Positions 59,056 to 64,000 of a stretch of DNA of 64,000 bases are shown here, in pieces. The stretch covers positions 1,401 through 65,400 of the forward strand of contig CBFGRV010000012.1 of the NCBI GenBank assembly GCA_965651265.1, read 5' to 3'. Under the pieces are notes generated by a model. It ran no database searches, was not told the DNA's origin, and saw only the letters and a program-made list of their open reading frames with translations. This DNA is from an uncultured Rhodothermales bacterium (GTDB lineage Bacteria; Bacteroidota; Rhodothermia; Rhodothermales; VXPQ01). Every line of letters begins with the position of its first letter. The stretch's first letter is position 1. The translations under genes and the position numbers were made by a program.

Positions 59056-59355
59056 ATGATCGAGAAGAAGGTGAGTCCGAAAGGCAAATCGGTCCGAGTG
59101 ACGTTCGCGCTACCCGCCGAGGCGGCGCATGAGAAGGTGGCGATCGTGGGGGATTTCAATGATTGGAATCCCAAGAAGGACTCCATGAAGCTCGACAAGA
59201 AGAAAGGCATCTGGAAGACGTCCATCTCCCTCAAGCCGGGACGTGAGTACCAGTTTCGGTATTTCGTCGATGATCACGAATGGCGAAACGACGAGGAGGC
59301 CGATGCATATGTAGGCAATCCCTACTTCGGGGAGAACAGCGTCCTCCATTTATAG
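59056..59355 (+). CDS. Stand-alone CBM48 / isoamylase-N early-set (glycogen-binding-like) domain protein
   Basis: 99 aa. VAIVGDFNDWNP...GIWKTSISLKPGREYQFRYFVDDHEWRND matches the AMPK1_CBM/CBM48 pattern. Confidence 0.75.
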   Translation: MIEKKVSPKGKSVRVTFALPAEAAHEKVAIVGDFNDWNPKKDSMKLDKKKGIWKTSISLKPGREYQFRYFVDDHEWRNDEEADAYVGNPYFGENSVLHL

Positions 59356-59421
59356 GCTTTCTCGACCGCTAAAGCCTTACGCCGTCGACCATTGCCTTTC
59401 CCCACGGATCAGGTCTCGCCT

Positions 59422-59973
59422 TCACGCCACGAAGCCATACAGGAGCTGCACGAGATACGCCGCCATTAGCATTGCAAATATGTCCGCCGTGAGCCCCGCG
59501 GGGACGGCATGGCGAGTCTTCTTGACATTCACCGCCCCGAAATACACGGCGATCACATAGAAGGTCGTTTCGGTTGATCCGAACATCGTGCCGGCGATCT
59601 TCACCAGGATGGAGTCCTCGCCAAACTCATTGATCATATCGGCCACGATGGCGGCGGACCCGGATCCTGTCAGCGGGCGAATGATGGCCATCGGAAGCAC
59701 CTCCGGCGGAAAGCCGATCGCGCCGAGGAGGGGCCGCAGCAGATCTACGAGGAAATCCATGGCTCCAGATGCCCGAAACATCCCGATGGCAAAGAGAATC
59801 GCGACCAGGTAGGGGATGATCATCACGGCGACCTTGAAGCCCTCTTTCGCACCCTCCACAAACTCCTCGTAGACCTTTACGCCCCGGATCAAACCATAGA
59901 GCGGGAGGCCGACGATCATCGCAGGGAGGATGAAGATGGCGAAGTAGTCTATGAAGGTCCGGAAGTATTCCAT
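59422..59973 (-). CDS. spmB: Nucleoside-recognition-domain membrane protein (SpmB-like)
   Basis: 183 aa polytopic protein with a sequence pattern like spore maturation protein B. Paired with the SpmA-like gene upstream. Confidence 0.7.
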   Translation of the reverse strand: MEYFRTFIDYFAIFILPAMIVGLPLYGLIRGVKVYEEFVEGAKEGFKVAVMIIPYLVAILFAIGMFRASGAMDFLVDLLRPLLGAIGFPPEVLPMAIIRPLTGSGSAAIVADMINEFGEDSILVKIAGTMFGSTETTFYVIAVYFGAVNVKKTRHAVPAGLTADIFAMLMAAYLVQLLYGFVA

Positions 59974-60021
59974 GCTGATCCTTTATCTGCGTGCAGGCGA
60001 ACAGGCTGTTTAAGGGGGCGC

Positions 60022-61068
60022 TCAGGCGTCCGGGGATACGGGTTCGGCATCATCCGGGGGAGGGGCATTTCCGCGCATCAGGGCTTGAGCCGCCTCAGGA
60101 TGGGTCACATTCGGGTCGGATGAGCGGAATACCGGCAGTCGCTGCAAGAGCCGAGCCGCCGAAATCGCAACGACCAATGAGAGTAAAGTGACGAGGATGA
60201 TGGGCAGGATGAGCTCGTTGACTTGAAGGCCCATGACGGCCACCAGGAGTGCCGGTGGCACGAGCTGTACGCTCGCCGTGTTCATCGCGAGGAGCATGAC
60301 CATGGAATTCGTCGCCGTATCCTTGGTCGGATTCAGCTCCTGCAGCTCCTCCATCGCCTTGATTCCCAATGGCGTCGCCGCGTTTCCAAGTCCGAGGACA
60401 TTCGCTGTGAGATTGAGCACGATCATCCCCATGGCCGGATGGCCGTCCGGAATCTCGGGAAAGAGGGGGCGAAAAATAGGTTGGGTGACCCGGACGAGCT
60501 GGTGAATAAGCCCGCCCGCCTCCGCAATCTTGAGCAGGCCTAGAAAGAGGGCGAGCACCCCAATGAGTCCCAGGGCGAGCTGGGCAGCCGTGTCTGCGAA
60601 GTCGAACGCGGCCTGGGTGATGTCTTTCAGGCGTGGAAACCGTACAGGGCTAAACTGCACGGTCGCGGTAGTCTGCGAAGAGTCTGCCGAATGCTGCTGC
60701 ACAGTCACGGTGCCTTGCAGCTCATCGTCCGCCGAGGCCGAGAAATCGCGGATTCTGTTCAGCGGCGCGGGCAGACTTGCCTCTGCATCGAACCGAACCT
60801 GAATGCCGCGCTGCGTTCGAATCACGTATCCGCCGTACGAAGAGTCGGGTGCCTCCTCAACTCCGTAAAAAGCGCGATACTCGTCCGGATCGATGCGGAT
60901 CTCGACGGGCACCCGGCGTGCGTCCGGCTGATACCCATCCGGGTACTCGAGCGTGATGGGGAGGGGCTGCTCGTTTCGGTACGTATCCCGGCTGACGTCT
61001 CTGAAATCGGAGACGAGGGCGAAGACGAGTGCGAGGATGATGAGCCCGGCCCAGATGTAATTCAGCAT
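60022..61068 (-). CDS. spmA: Nucleoside-recognition-domain membrane protein (SpmA-like) with a large loop insertion
   Basis: MLNYIWAGLIILALVF start and ...LGLLKIAEAGGLI..L....P.FRPLFPEIP core typical of SpmA. About 125 extra soluble residues follow TM1. Confidence 0.68.
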   Translation of the reverse strand: MLNYIWAGLIILALVFALVSDFRDVSRDTYRNEQPLPITLEYPDGYQPDARRVPVEIRIDPDEYRAFYGVEEAPDSSYGGYVIRTQRGIQVRFDAEASLPAPLNRIRDFSASADDELQGTVTVQQHSADSSQTTATVQFSPVRFPRLKDITQAAFDFADTAAQLALGLIGVLALFLGLLKIAEAGGLIHQLVRVTQPIFRPLFPEIPDGHPAMGMIVLNLTANVLGLGNAATPLGIKAMEELQELNPTKDTATNSMVMLLAMNTASVQLVPPALLVAVMGLQVNELILPIILVTLLSLVVAISAARLLQRLPVFRSSDPNVTHPEAAQALMRGNAPPPDDAEPVSPDA

Positions 61069-61169
61069 AGTGTAAAGGCTCGGTGCACGATTGGTTGGAG
61101 GCGGAATCTAACGAGCACCTCCCCGAAAAGCACCTGAAAGCAGGAAGCCGTATGCCTGAAGTAGCGGCC

Positions 61170-63041
61170 TTACGCGGTATCGGCCGTCTCCTGTTCGGCC
61201 GGCGCGACGCCCGCGAAGTACCGTGCCACGCGGCGCGCAAGCACGGGCCCGATGACGTCCCGCAGCTCCTCCTCGGATGCGGCTCGCACGCGCTTCACGG
61301 ACCCGAACTGCTTGATGAGTTTCCGGGCCGTCTTCTCGCCGATGCCCTCGATCTCGCGAAGCTCGGTATGAAGCGTGCGCCGCGTTCGCTGTTTCCGCTG
61401 CAGCGAAATGGCGAACCTGTGCGCCTCGTTTCGTGCACGCTGCAGCAGCTGGAGCGACGCGCTCGCTTTGGGGATGTAGACAGGATCCGTGTCACCGGGG
61501 AAGTAGACCTCCTCTAGCCGCTTCGCAAGGCCGATGACGGGGAATTTGCCGTAGGCACCAAGGTCGCGCAGGGCCTCCACGGCGGCCGAGAGTTGCCCTT
61601 TGCCGCCATCGATCACGACGAGGTCGGGCCAGGGCCCATCTTCCGCGAGGATCTTCCGATACCGGCGCGTGACAACCTCCCGCATGGACAGGAAATCATC
61701 CGGTTTGCCATCCGGAGTCTGGCGGATCTTGTAGTGCCGGTACGCGCTCTTCTGTGGCCGGCCGTCGACGAACACTACGCACGAGGCCACCGTGCCTGTG
61801 CCTCCGAGGTGCGAGATGTCGAAGCACTCGATATGCCGCGGCAGGTGCTCGAGTCGCAGATCCTGCTGGAGCTGCTTGACGGCGAATGAAATACGCTCTT
61901 CGCCTCGCTTCTTTTTCTGGACCCTCCACTCTTCCAGCAGCATTTCGGCATTCGTGCCGACCATCCGCATCAGGGCGGCCTTCGGTCCACGTCGCGGCAC
62001 CTTCAGTCGCACCTTCTTGCCGCGCTCGCGGGCGAGCAAGTCGAGCAGCGCCGAAGGCTCCTCGGGCTCTCGATCCAGAAGGATCTCATCCGGAAAGAAC
62101 GTGGCATTCGCGTAGTGATCCTCGAGAAGCCTCTGCATCAGCTCCTCATCCGACATGCCGTCTATCGGTCGCAGATACTTGTACTGGCGCCCGATCATCT
62201 TCCCTTCGCGCACCTTGAAAGTGACACCGACCGCCACGTTGTCCTCTCGATCGGCTCGCAAGGCGAATAGGTCCCGATCGACCTCATCGCTGCTGACGAC
62301 CTTCTGCTTCCGTGAGTACTTCTCCAGAGCCCGGATGCGGTCTCGCAGGTCGGCGGCCTCCTCGAATCGCATCTCGGCGGAGAGTCTCTGCATTTCATCC
62401 CGAAGAAGCTCGATCAGCTCCTTCGTGTGCCCGTTGAGCAATTTCTCTACCTGCTCGATGGTGCGGTTGTAATCCTCCTCCGTCTGGTACCCCACGCACG
62501 GTGCCGCGCACTTCTTAATGTGATACTCGAGGCAAGGCTCGTACTTGCCTGCGGCGATGGCATCTGGCGAGAGATTCAGATTGCAGGTTCGCAGCTTGAA
62601 GATAGATCGGATCGTGTGAAGCATAAGCTTCATGTTCTTCACGTCCGAATACGGCCCGATGTAGGTCGACCCATCCTTCCTCAGATTGCGCGTCGGGAAG
62701 ACTCGCGGGAAGCGTTCGTTCTTGATGCAGATGTACGGGTAGCTCTTGTCGTCGCGCAGATTGACGTTGTAGCGCGGCTGGAGCTTCTTGATGAGATTAT
62801 TCTCGAGGATCAGCGCCTCCGCCTCGGTGTCGGTCACGATGACCTCGACATCCGCGATCTTGTTGATCATCACGGCGAGGCGGCCATCGCGCGGCCGGCT
62901 CTCGTGGAAATAGGAGCGCACCCGGCTGCGAAGGTTCTTGGCCTTGCCGACGTAGATCACCTTGCCGTCGGCGTCCAGATGCTGGTACACGCCCGCCTTG
63001 CGGGGCAGGGTGCTGAGCTTTTTTTCGAGCGCCGGATTCAT
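61170..63041 (-). CDS. uvrC: Excinuclease ABC subunit C
   Basis: GIY-YIG domain (GVYQHLDADGKVIYVGKAKNLRSRV), UVR domain, Endo V-like domain and C-terminal HhH2 (IEGIGEKTARKLI). Confidence 0.96.
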   Translation of the reverse strand: MNPALEKKLSTLPRKAGVYQHLDADGKVIYVGKAKNLRSRVRSYFHESRPRDGRLAVMINKIADVEVIVTDTEAEALILENNLIKKLQPRYNVNLRDDKSYPYICIKNERFPRVFPTRNLRKDGSTYIGPYSDVKNMKLMLHTIRSIFKLRTCNLNLSPDAIAAGKYEPCLEYHIKKCAAPCVGYQTEEDYNRTIEQVEKLLNGHTKELIELLRDEMQRLSAEMRFEEAADLRDRIRALEKYSRKQKVVSSDEVDRDLFALRADREDNVAVGVTFKVREGKMIGRQYKYLRPIDGMSDEELMQRLLEDHYANATFFPDEILLDREPEEPSALLDLLARERGKKVRLKVPRRGPKAALMRMVGTNAEMLLEEWRVQKKKRGEERISFAVKQLQQDLRLEHLPRHIECFDISHLGGTGTVASCVVFVDGRPQKSAYRHYKIRQTPDGKPDDFLSMREVVTRRYRKILAEDGPWPDLVVIDGGKGQLSAAVEALRDLGAYGKFPVIGLAKRLEEVYFPGDTDPVYIPKASASLQLLQRARNEAHRFAISLQRKQRTRRTLHTELREIEGIGEKTARKLIKQFGSVKRVRAASEEELRDVIGPVLARRVARYFAGVAPAEQETADTA

Positions 63042-63198
63042 ACTACTAGGGATGGGATGACGCCGGAAGTGAACGTCTTTCTCGAGGCGATTGTTCGGTC
63101 TACGATCGCAAGCTTATTACCAAACAGTGCGGCCTCGACACGTTTATTGGAGGGGCAAATGGGTTGGATGGCCGATGGATCTGAGGCTGGCCGCTACA

Positions 63199-64000
63199 AT
63201 GAACGCATTCTTGACACATTATCGACGCGTGATTCTCTTCGCAGCCCTCGCTGTGACGGCATGGGCGGCGTCAAGCTGCCGCACGGGGGAGATGGTTGCT
63301 CCGACCGCTCCAGAGGCGCAGCCGGTCGGTGTCGGAGCAGCGGATGGGCAGTTTCTGGTAACCGGCTACCATCCGTGGTGGTTGCAGGGCGCGTGGAGGA
63401 GTTACGACCGCGCCGTGTACGACGAAATCTACTTCTTCTCCGTGGAAATCGATTCGACCGGTGAGATCTCGCGTCGGAATGGGTGGCCTGATCGCTGGAT
63501 TGACATGCAGCGCGAGCTGGTTGCGGCCGGCATCAAGGTTTCACCAGTGGTGACCCTTTTCGATCAGCGCTCCTTCGAGCGGCTCTTCCAGACGCCGCAA
63601 GCTTCCGAGCCCCTGATGGATTCTCTGCTGGGCCTCCTGCGCGACAGCCCTGCCGTCGGCGGGCTTCAGATCGATTTCGAGGTGTATCAACCGGTGCCTG
63701 CCGAGGTTCGATCCAACTTCTCCGATTTCATCCGAAGATTGAGGGAGGCAATGCACGGCATCCGGCCGGGCCTCCTGCTCTCCGCCTATCTGCTCGCGTT
63801 CGATGAGGGAGACGTATTCGATGAAGCCGAGATCGCCCGGCATACCGATTATGTGGTCGTGCAGGGCTACGACCTCCATGGCCGCTCTGAGGATCATACG
63901 GGCCCCGTGGCGGCGCTCCAGGGGTGGGGAAACAGGAGCTGGACCGCCATTCTCGAGCGGTTTCGCAGCCTCGGTGTGCCCGTTTCGAAGATCGTAATGG
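63199..64000 (+). CDS. GH18-like (YaaH/YdhD-type) lipoprotein, 3'-truncated by window edge
   Basis: Not in the ORF track because it has no stop inside the window. My translation gives MNAFLTHYRRVILFAALAVTAWAASSC (lipobox) ... GYHPWW ... GGLQIDFE, comparable to the GH18 D.xDxDxE catalytic strand (YaaH: DGVSIDFE). Open frame from 63199 to the window end. Confidence 0.55.
   Translation, partial: MNAFLTHYRRVILFAALAVTAWAASSCRTGEMVAPTAPEAQPVGVGAADGQFLVTGYHPWWLQGAWRSYDRAVYDEIYFFSVEIDSTGEISRRNGWPDRWIDMQRELVAAGIKVSPVVTLFDQRSFERLFQTPQASEPLMDSLLGLLRDSPAVGGLQIDFEVYQPVPAEVRSNFSDFIRRLREAMHGIRPGLLLSAYLLAFDEGDVFDEAEIARHTDYVVVQGYDLHGRSEDHTGPVAALQGWGNRSWTAILERFRSLGVPVSKIVM

Noticed and set aside
62427-63464. 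345-aa ORF on the plus strand
   Set aside because: Most of it is antisense to uvrC. Its 3' part is out of frame with the real GH18-like gene that starts at 63199.

Overview
GC-rich bacterial chromosomal window. The gene content (DUF5103/T9SS-plug-like protein, DUF3078 outer-membrane protein, Hc1-type mini-histone, acidic inserts in RpoB) points to a Bacteroidota/Rhodothermota-like lineage; that assignment is an inference. Most of the window is conserved housekeeping. The order is: rplK(partial)-rplA-rplJ-rplL-rpoB-rpoC; a DUF4097 beta-helix protein; a complete beta-oxidation operon (fadD, FadN-type HAD/ECH, thiolase, FadE-type ACAD); hemY; an acyl-CoA carboxyltransferase; then a long minus-strand block. 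That block runs btuF-like, FecCD permease, polyprenyl synthase, MBL hydrolase, secreted unknown, DUF1080-ThuA-PQQ-propeller lipoprotein, cytochrome c. After it come a lipid kinase, an orphan sigma54 activator, deoC, a SPOR lipoprotein, dapD, a cupin plus a form-IV RuBisCO-like protein, a TerB-like protein, ppgK, dnaG-ppk1, MOSC, a membrane-anchored SLT-like protein, a GATase, dnaE, an envelope cluster (Hc1-like, DUF3078, membrane peptidase-MA/TPR, DUF5103, CBM48), spmBA-like, uvrC and a GH18-like lipoprotein running off the 3' edge. I found no CRISPR, tRNA/rRNA, transposase/integrase or defence-island signature. The two best candidates for undescribed biology are (1) the orphan RuBisCO-like protein with a non-canonical KDDH metal motif, paired with a cupin, and (2) the triple-fusion periplasmic oxidoreductase with its own cytochrome c and a secreted unknown partner. 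Both are hypotheses built from motifs read by eye; no database search was possible. Many long ORFs in the supplied track are antisense shadows of real genes, as expected for GC-rich DNA, and were rejected.
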